A stretch of DNA of 64,000 bases from Octopus vulgaris (Eukaryota): positions 200,136,001-200,200,000 of the forward strand of contig OX597815.1 of NCBI GenBank assembly GCA_951406725.2. Reading direction: 5' to 3'. The notes below the pieces were generated by a model. It was not told the origin of the DNA and made no database searches. It saw only the letters and a program-made list of their open reading frames with translations. A program made the position numbers and the translations under genes. Positions 11,412 to 24,863 of the stretch are shown here, one piece after another. How positions within the stretch are numbered: the first letter of the stretch is position 1; each line of letters starts with the position of its first letter.

Positions 11412-12224
11412 CAGCAACAACATAAGCATTGTGATGATGCATTGTTAGCAACCACAGCTTCCATTTGGACATGGCATTTGCACAGTCAAGTTGAACAGTC
11501 ACATACATCGATGCTTATACATGCTTCAACGCAAACTCAAAATCTCAGTGGATTATGGGATTATCTTTAGCACATGCCTCTATTACCATTGGCAATCAAT
11601 AAAATTCATTTTACTTCTTTCAGAAGCTATTTCAATTTCAGATGAAACTACAGCCGATATAATTCACACGGTTCTATATTTGATTTATTTACTAGAAATA
11701 AACATTAAACGAAAAAATACGTAATAGAATTTAAACAAAAATCTTAATAAAAAAAAAAGGAAGAAAAAATAACTTTTTCTTTAAGATATTTTCAGAATCA
11801 AGGTTCTCTAGTTATTTTTCCGTATTGTCAATATTTTGTGTTTTTTTCTCTTCATAATTTCTTTAATTCTAATTTGATTATAGAACGATGTTTATATTCT
11901 CACTGAAAAATTTTCAAACGAAATCTATAGAGAAAAGTGTTAATCAAGAAATTTCTATGCCGCAGAATAGATTGTTTTCGACAACTATATTTCAAATAAT
12001 ATCAGAGGAAGTATATTATGCTATAGATATCACAGTTATTGAACTATAAACCATTGGTTACAGATTTACAAAGATGGTCCTTTTTAATGTAAAAGGATAA
12101 AAGGGAGTGTCTGTAAGTCTGTGAAAAAATAATATCGCAAAAGAAGTCATTTCTATAAGCATTGGCTGAAAATATTAATGAACACGCACTCACGCACACG
12201 CATACACACGCCGGTGTATATAGT

Positions 12225-12400
12225 TAAAAATTGTACAAAAACACATACAAGTAAGGGAACAAGAAACAAGCTGTATTAGTTTCACGCTGAAGAAAAAAGG
12301 ATGGGAAGACACTTTGACGTTTCGGGCCTAATCTCTTCTAGAGAAAGTAATCATGTTAGAAAACAGATGGGGAGAGAATAAACAATGTACCCGTTCATGC
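12225..12400 (-). mobile_element. Short HHR-bearing element (family H), decayed
   Basis: Minus strand CTTT-CTCTAGA-AGAGATTAGGCCC-GAAACGTC-AAAG at 12311-12348; flanks resemble the 13978 and 41310 copies. Confidence 0.55.
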
Positions 12401-12772
12401 AGATACGTATTTGGATGAACGGATGCACGTTTGTTTGATGGTTTGCTTGTTTGTGTGTGTGTTTGAACACAAAGCTGTAGGGATTTCAAAATCTATGCAG
12501 ATATTTTACAAGGACTGTGATGTAATTCAAACGTGGTTAACGAAACCGATCAGTAACGAACTTTACAGAACCTTGTAGAGCATAAACTAACAGTTGTACT
12601 CCTGTTCGATTAGTATACTCAGAGTTCGAGTTGAAGAATTTCAAATAAATTTCTTGAGTATATTAAAAGGACACAAATAATGAAGAATTACACGTCTTTA
12701 GTTAATAGTTTAAAGATACGTTAAAATTCTCCAATCTTTCCTACGTTCTTTTATACATGTATGTAAACACAC

Positions 12773-12832
<60 letters not shown>

Positions 12833-12859
12833 TCTCTCTCGCTCTTTCTCTCTCTCACA

Positions 12860-13045
12860 CACACACGCTTTATTCTCTCTGACTTACCCCCTCTCTTCAG
12901 CTGTTTTTTCTCTTCATTCTTTTCTTTAAGAACGTAGGCTCGAAACGTCAAAGACTTCCATTTTTCCTGATCGTCAAACGAATACTGCTTGTTTTCCGTT
13001 CCCTCGTCCGCTTTTGCCTTTTGTGTTCTTTTTGTACAATTTTGT
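12860..13045 (+). mobile_element. Short HHR-bearing element (family H), decayed
   Basis: CGTAGGCTCGAAACGTCAAAGAC matches the 41408-41443 motif; 5' core eroded. Confidence 0.6.
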
Positions 13046-13920
13046 ACACACACACTCACACACTCACTCTCACACATACACACGCACGTATACACACACA
13101 TGCGCACACACCTACGCCATCTAGATATTGTTCTTAATGTATATGTATAGTTGACGAGAAGTTTACTGCAGTTTTCGGCCAGAATAAGGTCTCTTATATA
13201 TCCATTTACAAAATACAATATATACAAGAAGGCGTGATAGCGCAGGTAGCTGCAAGCAAGACCACTAAATTCATTCCGGCTATCATAGGTCTCGTCAACA
13301 ACAAGTACTCGTTTGTAGCCTCCGGTATAGAAAATAACAAATAATATATTCACTGGTATTGTGAATAGCCATGGGGCTGAATACAAAATCCGGTGTACGC
13401 AAACGAAGCACTAGAAAATTAAGATGGCCATGTTGTATGTATCATGCTTTATGTATTACGCGTCCTTAAAATATATTTTCCCTCGGACGAAAACGGCAGA
13501 AACGTGGTTGTCAAAAGTGTATAATATTTAGGTATGTCAAAGGTGTATACAATTTAGATACAGAGATAGCTATTGTAATTTGATACTAGTTCAATTGCGT
13601 ACATTGGCTTACACACACGCACACACACACACAAACGCGCGTGCATGCAAATATATATAAATATATATACGTACATGTATGTATATGTAAATGTATATGT
13701 GTGTATGTATATATATAGATCACAGGTAGATAGATACATAGATAGATAGACAGATAGACATACGGATTCTTAAAGTCTGTCCAGACATGTTAACTGTCAC
13801 TTCAAAGGTACTGGCAGCTTTTAACCTCGTAAACATTTATAACATTTATTAAATACATGACATACGTAACTAAAATGTATTGGGGGAAACTTCAATTTAA
13901 TTATATATATACATACATAC

Positions 13921-13977
<57 letters not shown>

Positions 13978-13981
<4 letters not shown>

Positions 13982-14200
13982 TAATCCAAACAAGAAAACA
14001 CAAAAAAACCCCAAAAAACACAGCAACGCGAGGACGTGGAATAAATAAAGTATTATTGGACGCTCACGGAAGAAGGGAAGAAGGAGGATTTAACGTTTCG
14101 AGCGGAGCTCTTCGTCGGAAACATAGGAGAAGGAAATATCCCGAGAAGGGAAGACAGAGGAAAAAAAATCGCCAGCGGTACTCACCAGGTCACATATTGA
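13978..14200 (-). mobile_element. Short HHR-bearing element (family H) abutting (TA)n
   Basis: Close match to 56305-56490; HHR at 14088-14122 GTTT-CCGACGA-AGAGCTCCGCTC-GAAACGTT-AAAT (one core change). Confidence 0.8.
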
Positions 14201-14219
14201 AAGACCGGAAGTTATACAG

Positions 14220-14567
14220 TTATAAACAAAGGGCAAAAGAAAAAAAGATATCTATGCCAATATGCTGAGAAAAGACTTTAAATAGTCAATCGGATGCTTG
14301 TTTCCATGGGTGCTTATAAGTATTTCATTTATTTCTTATCGTATTCTCTACTGAAGAGGGAAAAATCCGTGGGATTAATCCCAAAATTGATTCAATATAG
14401 AGATAACGAATTTCTAAAAAAATTCTGTTAGCTTGTCTTCCTCGATTTCAGCACGACGTGTATTCATGGTGAATGTATATTGTAATGTAGTGCTTGACTA
14501 TTTAAAATCTATTCTCAGCATATTGGCACAGAAATCTTTCTTTTTTCTTTTGCCCTTTGTTTATAAT
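14220..14567. repeat. Inverted repeat (arms about 14220-14290 and 14493-14567)
   Basis: TTATAAACAAAGGGCAAAAGAAAAAAAGA..TGCCAATATGCTGAGAA..TTTAAATAGTCAA versus its reverse complement. Confidence 0.85.
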
Positions 14568-14657
14568 TGTTTATAATTTTCACCTTTAAAGGTATTTCAA
14601 TATGCTGCCACTTTGATGAAATTTTTTTGGAAAAATTTTATCCTATATTAGAAGTAA

Positions 14658-14690
<33 letters not shown>

Positions 14691-15032
14691 TCATCTACTA
14701 AATTATACTATGAAGTGACTTCTGCAGTTATCTCAACCCGTATAGACGTGGCTTATCGCTCATCTTTTTGCCAGAGCTCATGAGGAACCCTTTTGCGAAG
14801 ATGGATCAATCCTACTGAAAAGAAAGGGGAGCCTGTTGATAAATGTTGTACATGTAATTTTAAGTTTCTTTGTTGTTCTTGTAAAACCACAAATAAATAA
14901 TTACGAAATACTGTTCACTGCACAATGCTAATCTTCGGATCAAAGAGAAATCATTATCGTATTAATGAAAACGTAACTGACGCCCAGTTTCAGACTTTAC
15001 AGTAAACCACATCGTGTGTAAGCGTCTAATCG

Positions 15033-15416
15033 GGAAGCACTCCGTCGGTTACGACGACGAGGGTTCCGGTTGATCCAAATCAACGGAACAGCCTGCTCGT
15101 GAAATTAACGTGTAAGTGGCTGAGGACTCCACAGACACGTGTACCCTTAACGGAGTTCTCGGGGATATTCAGCGTGATACAGAGAGTGACAAGGCCGGCC
15201 CTTTGAAATACAGGTACAACAGAAACAGGAAGTAAGAGTGAGAGAAAGTTGTGGTGAAAGAGTACAGCAGGGATCACCACAATCCCCTGCTGGAGGCTCG
15301 TGGAGCTTTAGGTGTTTTCGCTCAATAAACACTCACAACGCCCGGTCTGGGAATCGAAACCGCGATCCTACGACCGCGAGTCCGCTGCCTTAACTACTGG
15401 GCCATTGCGCCTCCAC
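15033..15416 (-). mobile_element. SINE S3, full-length
   Basis: A/B-box tRNA-like head; TSD AAGCGTC(T/C)AAT at 15020-15030 and 15417-15427. Confidence 0.92.
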
Positions 15417-15820
15417 AAGCGTCCAATTAATTACTCAGCTAATACGTAAAATCATAAATGCATTGCGGTTAATTATTAATCCACTCTCTTACTTATACTT
15501 GGCCGTACACTTTTAACGGTTGATACTATGAAAGGCTCTAGTGTATAGCGCTTTACTTTCTGAGCTAAAAGTCCTATTGAGTTCGAAACAGCTTTTTAAT
15601 TCATATGAGGTCGCGGAAGGCGAGTACCGAAGTGGTTAGGCAACGCAAATGGGTTCTCAAACGTAACATCGTGGGTATGATTTCCGGACCGTGCAGAGCA
15701 TTTTGTTTATGGACATATTCTTTACTTGACATTACTCTTGTCTATTCAGGTGGAAAAAATGAGTATTATAACTGAAAAAAAAAATATCCAGTCAGCGATA
15801 ATTTAGCGTGCATTTATTAA

Positions 15821-16213
15821 TCTCTCTCTATATAAAACTGAAGTTATCTGTGTATGGCAGGTTTGGTAGCTTTCAACTAACACTGTCTCCTCCGAGACCC
15901 TGCGGCGCAAATTGACTAAAATTGAGAGTATGATAGAAGAAGGCTTGCTCTTCCCTTCTAGAAGAAAACAACCAAATCGGACCATGTTAACACCAAAAAT
16001 TACTTACATCAAAAAAGTGTTTTTTTTCTATGAAAATCCCTATTTTTTACGAATTTTTTACTGCTGTGTCGCCATTTTTCAGTGTATTTCGACCAGAAAA
16101 AAATGTTCACTTAAAGAGAATAACAAGCTACATAATTCAAAGTTTTTACTTTTCAAACATTCCAATTCTAAAGGGTCGAAATAAACCCGAGCAACGCCGG
16201 GCGATACTGCTAG
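15821..16213 (+). mobile_element. Non-autonomous Helitron
   Basis: A|TC 5' end, subterminal hairpin CCCGAGCAACGCCGGG, CTAG|T 3' end, no TSD. Confidence 0.85.
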
Positions 16214-16314
16214 TGAATAAGATAAAATCAAGAGGATAAATAAAAAGAAAACCCCTCAGCTATAGAGCAGAATACATTCACTAGTGCACGGCTATATTAT
16301 ATCTTTAAAGTATA

Positions 16315-16829
16315 TCTTTATATATAAAACTGTAGTTGTGTGAGTGTCTGTCCCCTTCGATTTAGATTCCTAACTACTCCCGCATTTTGCGGTGCAGTTT
16401 AACCAAATTCGGGTATCTTATAGTCGTGATTCATATCGAGCCCGTCTGGGTATTAGTGCGCGTCTACGATGAGTCTACGATTTTAAAAATAATTTAACAT
16501 CATTTTTTTATTCCATTTTAATGCATAATTTTTCGTGTGTCGATGGCGGCGGAGTTGGCGTCCACGCTCACATCTGCACCTGTTTGCTTCTCCCCCCTTC
16601 TTCCCTCCCTCGTGAAGCTGTGGGGAAGGGAGTGTAAGGAAATCAACGTCGTAAAGCGTTGTGAAGGAGACCAGCGTTCTTTTAGAACAACGACTTCATG
16701 GCTTGAAGACACCAAAACAGAAATGGCTAAGAAAGCCCGAATTGGCATCTATAAGGGAAGTAACTCTTTAAAAATGCTTATATAGTTATTTCCCTTACAA
16801 ACCTGAGCAACGCCGGGCGATACTGCTAG
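16315..16829 (+). mobile_element. Non-autonomous Helitron
   Basis: A|TCTTTATATATAAAA start; hairpin plus CTAG end. Confidence 0.88.
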
Positions 16830-17227
16830 TCTTTGTATATAACAGTGAGGTTGCGTGTCTGTCTCCTACGATTTAGATTCCTAACTACTCCCACATTTTG
16901 CGGTGCAGTTTAACCAAAACCGGGTATCTTATAGTGGTGATTCATATCGAGCCCTTCTGAATATTAGCGCGCGTCTACGATGAGTCTACGATTTAAAAAA
17001 AATTTACCATTATTTTTTACCATTTTAATGCATTTTTTCGCTATTATATAAGGGAAGTAACTCTCTAAAAATGTCTACGATGAGTCAACGATTTAAAAAA
17101 AAAATTACCATCATTTTTTTTCCATTTTTAATGCATTTTTTGCTATTTTTATTGGCTATAACTCTCTAAAAATGCTTATATAGTTATTTCCCTTACAAAC
17201 CCGAGCAACGCCGGTCGATACTGCTAG
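16830..17227 (+). mobile_element. Non-autonomous Helitron, head-to-tail with the previous copy
   Basis: CTAG|TC junction at 16829/16830; hairpin plus CTAG|T end; near copy of 57110-57477. Confidence 0.88.
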
Positions 17228-17935
17228 TCTTTTAAATTCTTTAAAATAAAGTACTATTCAAGTATTATCATTTCTTTCCCCAACTATGAAAATCTTTCTC
17301 GCTGTTAAACTTTGTAACTGTGTAAGCAGTATTTTATGAGAGACAGTACAGAGTTTGTTGTTGTTCATCCTCAGTTTATCCTTGATTGAGTCAATCAACG
17401 ATCAAAGCAATTTCATCCCATTGTGACCATCCTGTAATTTATGCAGTGTAACAAAGATTGCATTATCTTATGGTTAAGACGGCAGGTGAGATTTGCGGAA
17501 GATTTAATTCATTTTCTGCTGTTTGAGCCAACAGTTAAGAGACTCGAGCCTGCACACGTGTGATGAAGACATTTGTTGATTCCGTGGCTAAATACAGGTT
17601 TGTATTTATCGATTTGTTTTGTTGTTCTAATTCTTACGTTGTAAGTTCAAATCTAAGGAAGGAGTACTTTTATATATTTCGGTGGTCGTGAATGATAAAA
17701 CGAACCATGTGATTTATTCTGCCCGCTCGAGACGAATCAATATTTTATGCTAATGAACAAACTAAAGCAGAATACATGCATAAAAAATAGTACATTATAT
17801 ACATAAATGCATATATAAAATTCGAATTTGCATGAATACATACACGTGTATACATGGTATACATGCATTTATGAATTCATATATGTGCACACAATACACA
17901 TACATACATACATAAATACATACATACATACATAC

Positions 17936-17989
<54 letters not shown>

Positions 17990-18006
17990 TCATATATATT
18001 TATATA

Positions 18007-18050
<44 letters not shown>

Positions 18051-18349
18051 TATATATATATGCTCATATATATATATATATATGACTATAAACATGCTTG
18101 TATATATTTACTCATAAACGTATACACCCACGCACATAAATGTATATATGGTATTTATATATACGTGTGGAGATAATTCTACATACTTATCTGCCCATCA
18201 ATCTATATATTTTTATCTATCGTTCCATTCTCCTTCTCTTCACAGCCTGTTTCTCTTCTTCCATACAAACACTTACGCCTTATCCACTCACCTCCTTTTA
18301 TTTCCCCCTCTCTCTCTCTCTCTCTCTCTCTCACTTCACATGCACACAC

Positions 18350-18382
<33 letters not shown>

Positions 18383-18583
18383 TGTATACATAGCAAAAAT
18401 ACATCCCAGTATAGATTGTTTGCAGTGCGCTCTTCTACGGAAGCACGTTTTGCAGCTATTTCCAAAATAAAATGAAATAAACATAAAAAAGTAAAATACA
18501 AAAACAAAACACATAAAATAAAAAAAATAAATCACACAAAAATCAAAATGGAAACTAGTATCGAAAGAAATATATATATACAT

Positions 18584-18669
<86 letters not shown>

Positions 18670-19000
18670 ATATATATACAGAATCAGAGTTGCTTTCCAT
18701 TCTTTGCAACCAATAGGTTTCTTCTGATAATATTGTTGCTCAATATCTGTTAGAATCGATCTAATATACTAATCAATAAGATAAGCATAACAAAAATAAA
18801 AATAAAGGAATGAAAACTAAAAAAAAAAAAAAAAAAAATAGAATAAACAGAAAGGAAGAAAAACGAAAGAAAGAAAGAGAGAAAGAAAGAAATAAAACAT
18901 CAAGATTCAAAAATAAAATTGTCTCCTTCAACTATTCTTCAAAGCCAATGTTTCGTGTCGGAAATTGAAAAGATCTGTGAAATGGATAGAGAGAGAACTG

Positions 19001-19428
19001 CAACAGCAACAACAGCAACAACAACAATAACAACAACAACAGAAACAACAACAACAACAACAGTAGGACAAGCAACAACTACAACAATAACAATAGTAGC
19101 ATCACTAATGTTACTAACATACAACCATCACCACGATCACTGTTGGTAACAGCAATAAGCACAATTATAGTAACATCACAAACAATCAGCGCCATTACCA
19201 ACAACAACAACAACAACAACAGAAGCCAACACCACCAACACCACCATCAACACTCCCGCCAAACCCGCGCTCCACCTTCTCCAGCGCCGCCACCACAGCC
19301 ACCAGAGCCACCGCTGCCGACAGCAACAATACGAACAGGAACGAGAGTAATAGCGTAATAACGGTTACAACAGTAGAAGCTGCTCTAGCATCACCACCAC
19401 CACCACCACCACCACCACCACCACCACG

Positions 19429-19477
<49 letters not shown>

Positions 19478-19503
19478 TCGTCAAGACCACCAGCAGCAGC
19501 AAC
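19001..19503. repeat. Trinucleotide low-complexity block (CAA/CAC/CTA/CAG)
   Basis: Directly visible. Confidence 0.85.
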
Positions 19504-19505
19504 AG

Positions 19506-19690
19506 TGGAGGCGCAATGGTCCAGTGGTTAGGGCAGCGGACACGCGGTCGTAAGAACGCGGTTTCGATTCCCAGACCGGGCATTGTGAGTGTTTATTGAG
19601 CAAAAACACCTAAGCCCCACGGGGCTCCGGCGGAGTCGTGGGGGTGGTGAACCATTTCACCACAACTTTCACTCTTTCTTCCTACTTCTT
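19506..19690 (+). mobile_element. SINE S3 5' part
   Basis: GGAGGCGCAATGGTCCAGTGGTTAGGGCAGCGG head. Confidence 0.85.
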
Positions 19691-19869
19691 CCACAAAGCA
19701 GAGGAACCATGGTGTAACCCACTATGGTGTGGTAAACATTCGGACCCAAGTCTAGATTGCGAATCCTCTGTACCGCAGAATGGTTCAGCTCTTCACCCGT
19801 TAAAAGCCACCGTTTACGGAATGAGGATAATAACGTAGCTTTCGCACCCGTGCAACCGCCAGTCTATCG

Positions 19870-19990
19870 CGTGTGGTCGTTTGCAAAGTCGACCTTGGCG
19901 GAATTTGAACTCGGAACGCAGCGACGGGCGAAATACCGGCAAGCGTTTCGTCTAATGTGCTAACGATTCTGCCAGCTCGCGGTCTTCTTA
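19870..19990 (-). mobile_element. SINE S1 5' part
   Basis: S1 head. Confidence 0.75.
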
Positions 19991-20514
19991 GCAATATGAT
20001 AATACCAATGTAATTGTCTCATGCAGGTGAATGTGGGGTATGTCTACAGTCTCTTGTCCTCCATCTCTATAGCTATGTGTGTGTGTGTGTGTGTATGTGT
20101 GTGTGTGAGATTGAGTGTGTGAGTAAGCATGTGTGTTTGTGTAAACGTTGAAGCTCATGTACCTATGATTCTTGACAAATTATATGGCACACATGCTACG
20201 AAAGATGAAATATTCGAAACAGAATCAGGGCTGGGTACTAATCCGACTGAGAATTCATGATAGAAATGCTATGAAATATGTTAAAGGATACGAGTGCAAT
20301 GGGAAAGTAGTCATATTCGAAACTGACATGACATGACAAACACCACACTACATTACACACACACACACCACATAGCTTTCAAGATATTTTAAAATGTAAA
20401 ATAGAATCTAATATTTAATTTCATTTGAACGAATACAAAATTCTTCAGACTAAAAGGAAAAAAGAAAAAAAATTATTTATTGACACGATTCATAATTCGT
20501 GTGAAATATATAGG

Positions 20515-20553
<39 letters not shown>

Positions 20554-21489
20554 TTGTATTTACAAAGAGCGAGTGAGAGAGAGAGATGTACGCATATATT
20601 TATATACCAAAATGTCTGAAAACATATATGTATAAATATATCTATCAATCGGCATGCGTGTAAATATATGAGTGCATGTATTTTTACACACACGCACATT
20701 TGTACACACTTAAGTATGTGTCGATATGTGCGTGCGTGTATGTTCACGTCTGCCCAATGCTAAATAGCCACCTGATTATCTCGTATGACATGAATCCAGT
20801 ATACTTAAAACCGTGATCTAAAACATAAAGATATATAAATTTATAAGTAGCATCATGCCACATAGACTGAAACATCTAACTTTAAATAGAAAGTGCCGGA
20901 GGCCCACTATACCACTCTATTGTAGTCAATAACATGGTCTCGCGACATGCGATATGTACGTTGTTCTGATCTCGTCAGAACCACGTACAGTTCTTTTGGT
21001 TTTCTTAAATTGTTTATTTTTTTTTTAACGTCTAACCTCAAGATGTCTCTCTCTCTCTCTTTATATATATATATATATATGTTTGAACACATACACGTCA
21101 CGTAGACACATAAATATGAAGAGAGAAAAATATATACATACATTCTTATATACAAGTTCGCATGCACGTTGTGTGAGTTAATGCCTATGTTTGTGTTATC
21201 ACTGAATCGTTAAAGGCTGTCTCTCCATTTACTGCTTACGTAAAAATAACATAAAATAAAATAAAATATAAATAAAAATAACAAAGCAGAAAGAAATAAA
21301 CAACTGAATTACGCTTGCTCTCTCTCACAAATAATGTAAAGAAAACATATAAAGTTTTATGTCTGTCTAAGACACGATTATAATAGTAAAAAGAAAAAAA
21401 GAATATGTAAAAGAACGAAAGCGAGACAGCAATGCTAAGATGGAAAATATACTATATAATATCTCAGAATTGTTGAACACAGAAATATA

Positions 21490-21554
<65 letters not shown>

Positions 21555-21608
21555 ATATATAGGTATATCTATAAAAATGTATCCATATATACATATGTAT
21601 GTATATAA

Positions 21609-21683
<75 letters not shown>

Positions 21684-21819
21684 ACATAAATATATATATA
21701 TATATGTGTGTATATGTGTGTGTGTATGTACAAGTACATATATATATATGTATTATGTGCATGTGTGTGTGTATGCGTGTGTATTTATACATATATATAC
21801 ACACAAAGACACTGTTCTG

Positions 21820-22720
21820 TTCTCTTATTCTCCAGATTGAAATTGGAAAAATATATGCTTGATCGTCAATTCTATGTCTTGAAAGACATCCTGCTTCCAT
21901 TTACCTCCAGTATCTGATTCCTTCTTATCTCGTCGTACCCATGGTCTGAGAAATTTTCGAGTCCGCGATGAACTTACAGATCTTGGTCGATTTCGACAGA
22001 GAGGTAAATTAGTAAGAAAGACTTTGGTACATTATCTTTTATTTCTTTGGAATTTGGAGCCCAGTAAGATCGATGCCGTTTATATTCTGTTTGAAATGTT
22101 GCAATTCCATACCACCATGTATGCCATATGCATGGAGCAGATTCCAAACAGGCAATGTATATAGGATGTAGTGTTTAATGCGATGCCAGATCGGTGGAGG
22201 TAGCATGAATACAATAAGGTTGATAGGGCGTGGTGTAACAAGTAAGCTTTATTACCTGAGTGGTGCAGGTACTTCTCCAAGAAGCTGTGTCTGTTTTAAT
22301 CGTGATAGGAAAAATAGAGAAAAGACAGCACACCAGTAGGCCACGGACTGGAGTGTTTCGGTAAGCTAATCATTCCAGCGGTTCTTCTGTGGTTACTGTA
22401 CAAGATCGTGTGTGTGTACCAGTTGTACCATCACAGATGTGGGCGTAATATTTTAATGAATTGCAACTTGTACCTTGTGGTGAGCCAAGAACAGCTTTCA
22501 GGGATTGATATCTTATGGCCTTGAATAAAAGAATTAATTTTTAAAGGCAGTCCTAATTATGATAAAGATGCGCTTTTGCCAGGAGGGATCAATGTAGTTT
22601 CAGTTATTTTAGGATATATACTAGGTATCCTTTGTTTCATTTGGATGCTAAGATATGATTCTAGGGACATTCTAGGGGTTATTTCTGTTACTAGAGTTTT
22701 TGTGGCAGTTACTATTATAT
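21820..22720 (-). pseudogene. Decayed coding-like segment, possibly the N-terminal region of a Penelope-like ORF
   Basis: Non-repetitive and higher GC; minus frame ..GIATFQTEYKRHRSYWAPNSKEIKDNVPKSFL..; family assignment is only a guess. Confidence 0.3.
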
Positions 22721-22990
22721 AAATACAGAAATATAAGAAGTATAGATCAATCTATACTTACGTCTTTCTAGATGCGGTATCAAATGTTGAGTAAATTGAA
22801 AACTACGGCTTCCTACAGTGAGTCTATCGTAAATCATTCTGACGAAGTCCATCCTTTTTTAATAGGACCTATCGAAGCATTCCTTATGCATATCTTCGAC
22901 AGGACCCATACGAATTTAACAAAACGGTGCTACTAAATAATAATAGTAATAATAATAGTAATAATAATAATGATAATAATAATAATAATG

Positions 22991-23036
<46 letters not shown>

Positions 23037-23101
23037 GCATTTCACCCCGCGTGCTAACGATTCTGCCAGCACACTGCCATAATAATAATAATAATAATAT
23101 A

Positions 23102-23168
<67 letters not shown>

Positions 23169-23169
23169 G

Positions 23170-23357
23170 TGGTGGTTTCAAATTTTGCCACAAGTGCAGC
23201 CAATTTGGGGGATCGACTCCAGTGTTAAACTGGTTCTTAATTTATCGACTCCTAAAGGATGGAAGGCGAAATCGACCTCGGCGGAATTTGAACTCGGAAC
23301 GTAGCGCCGGACGAAACACCACTAAGCATTTCGTCCAGAGTGCTAACAACTCTGGCT
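23170..23357 (-). mobile_element. SINE S1 (older subfamily) within (AAT)n
   Basis: S1 core and head. Confidence 0.8.
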
Positions 23358-23373
23358 AATAATAATAATAATG

Positions 23374-23440
<67 letters not shown>

Positions 23441-23441
<1 letters not shown>

Positions 23442-23957
23442 GGATGCAGTACCAGGCAGTGGCTCTCATGGCTTCTGATCTTAACTGATTGGACGTGTTA
23501 TCATGTACATTGTTTTGTCTTGGTATAAAAGATGGGCTACAGCAAATATTCTGCTAAATACCACAGATTTGCTTGTCAGTTGCTTGATCATAACTAGTTG
23601 AGCATGTCCCTTAGTGGCTGACGATATGTGCATCTCTGATCACGAGCAGAAGTAGTGGGGGAACATCATAGCCATGTGATGAAAGGAATTCTTTGGAGTT
23701 TGAATAATTCACCTCTGGAAACATTGGTGTTTCGTTCAATATCCTTAAACAACTCTTATTCAGGGATCTTTTGAGCAGGATGGGCTACCCAACCCGAAGA
23801 AAATTCTAACTGGGTTCCACCCGCAATTTCATGCACTGTTTATCTTGATATGAGATCACCATGTCGCGCACATATGGTTGTGATGAATGTGCCTGGTGTA
23901 CCCATATCGTATATTTTACCCCAGTGTCACTTTGATGGCATGAACTGCTCTCACTCA
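23441..23957 (+). mobile_element. Non-coding insertion in an (AAT)n tract, possibly the UTR of a TAA-specific retroelement
   Basis: Sharp boundaries with (AAT)n on both sides; no ORF recognised. Confidence 0.5.
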
Positions 23958-24009
23958 ATAATAATAATAATAATGATGATGATGATGATAATAATAATAA
24001 TAATGATTT

Positions 24010-24328
<319 letters not shown>

Positions 24329-24863
24329 GACTTCAAACAAAGAACATGCCTCCTCATTGATATGACTGTCCCAATCGATATAAACGTATCTGTCAAGACC
24401 TACCAAAAACTGAGCAAATATAAAGATCTTGAAATAGAAATCAGCAAAATGTGGAACCTGAAGACTAAAACAATACCTGTTGTCATAGGTGCCCTGGGAA
24501 TGATAGCAAATGGGGCTGATAGCTACCTAACTCAGATACCAGGAAACCCCAAAATGGCAGAAATTCAAAAGATAGTGCTCATGGGAACTGCTCATATCCT
24601 ACGCAAAATACTTTCTATGTAATCTCAAGGTTTAAAACAAACATAATTTTCGGTTTAAAGGGAAAGGGAAAAGAAAAAAAAAAATTTAAAAAAAAATTTT
24701 TTTTTTAGACATTCATTAGTACAACACCAAAAACTACCCCCCCCCCCAATATATGGCACACTAGGCATAACAACAACATGAACTTACAACCTGTTGTCTC
24801 TTGAGGTCTCTGGGTGAGACTTGGAGCCAACTTGTACAAATATAAAGCAAAACTCAAACATAG
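24329..24863 (+). mobile_element. R4/Dong-like non-LTR retrotransposon 3' end inserted in (TAA)n
   Basis: Frame CLLIDMTVPID..K.SKYKDLEIEISKMW....TIPVVIGALG..EIQKIVLMGTAHILRK matches the restriction-like endonuclease C-terminus; in-phase (AAT)n on both sides. Confidence 0.88.

Noticed and set aside
11322-11570. Poly-His/poly-Gln ORF resembling a transcription-factor exon
   Set aside because: Trinucleotide microsatellite with no flanking domain or convincing splice sites
12751-13386. 211-aa minus-strand ORF
   Set aside because: Runs through microsatellites and a family-H element; no recognisable domain
15340-15416. tRNA gene candidates (also 19506, 26060, 32540, 62620)
   Set aside because: A/B boxes run directly into SINE bodies; no complete cloverleaf with terminator
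19143-19358. Pro/His-rich ORF
   Set aside because: Part of a degenerate CAN-triplet block; no domain
20765-20985. Possible hammerheads (CTGATTA..GAAACATCTA; minus-strand CTGACGAGATC)
   Set aside because: Could not assemble a core with matching stems I-III
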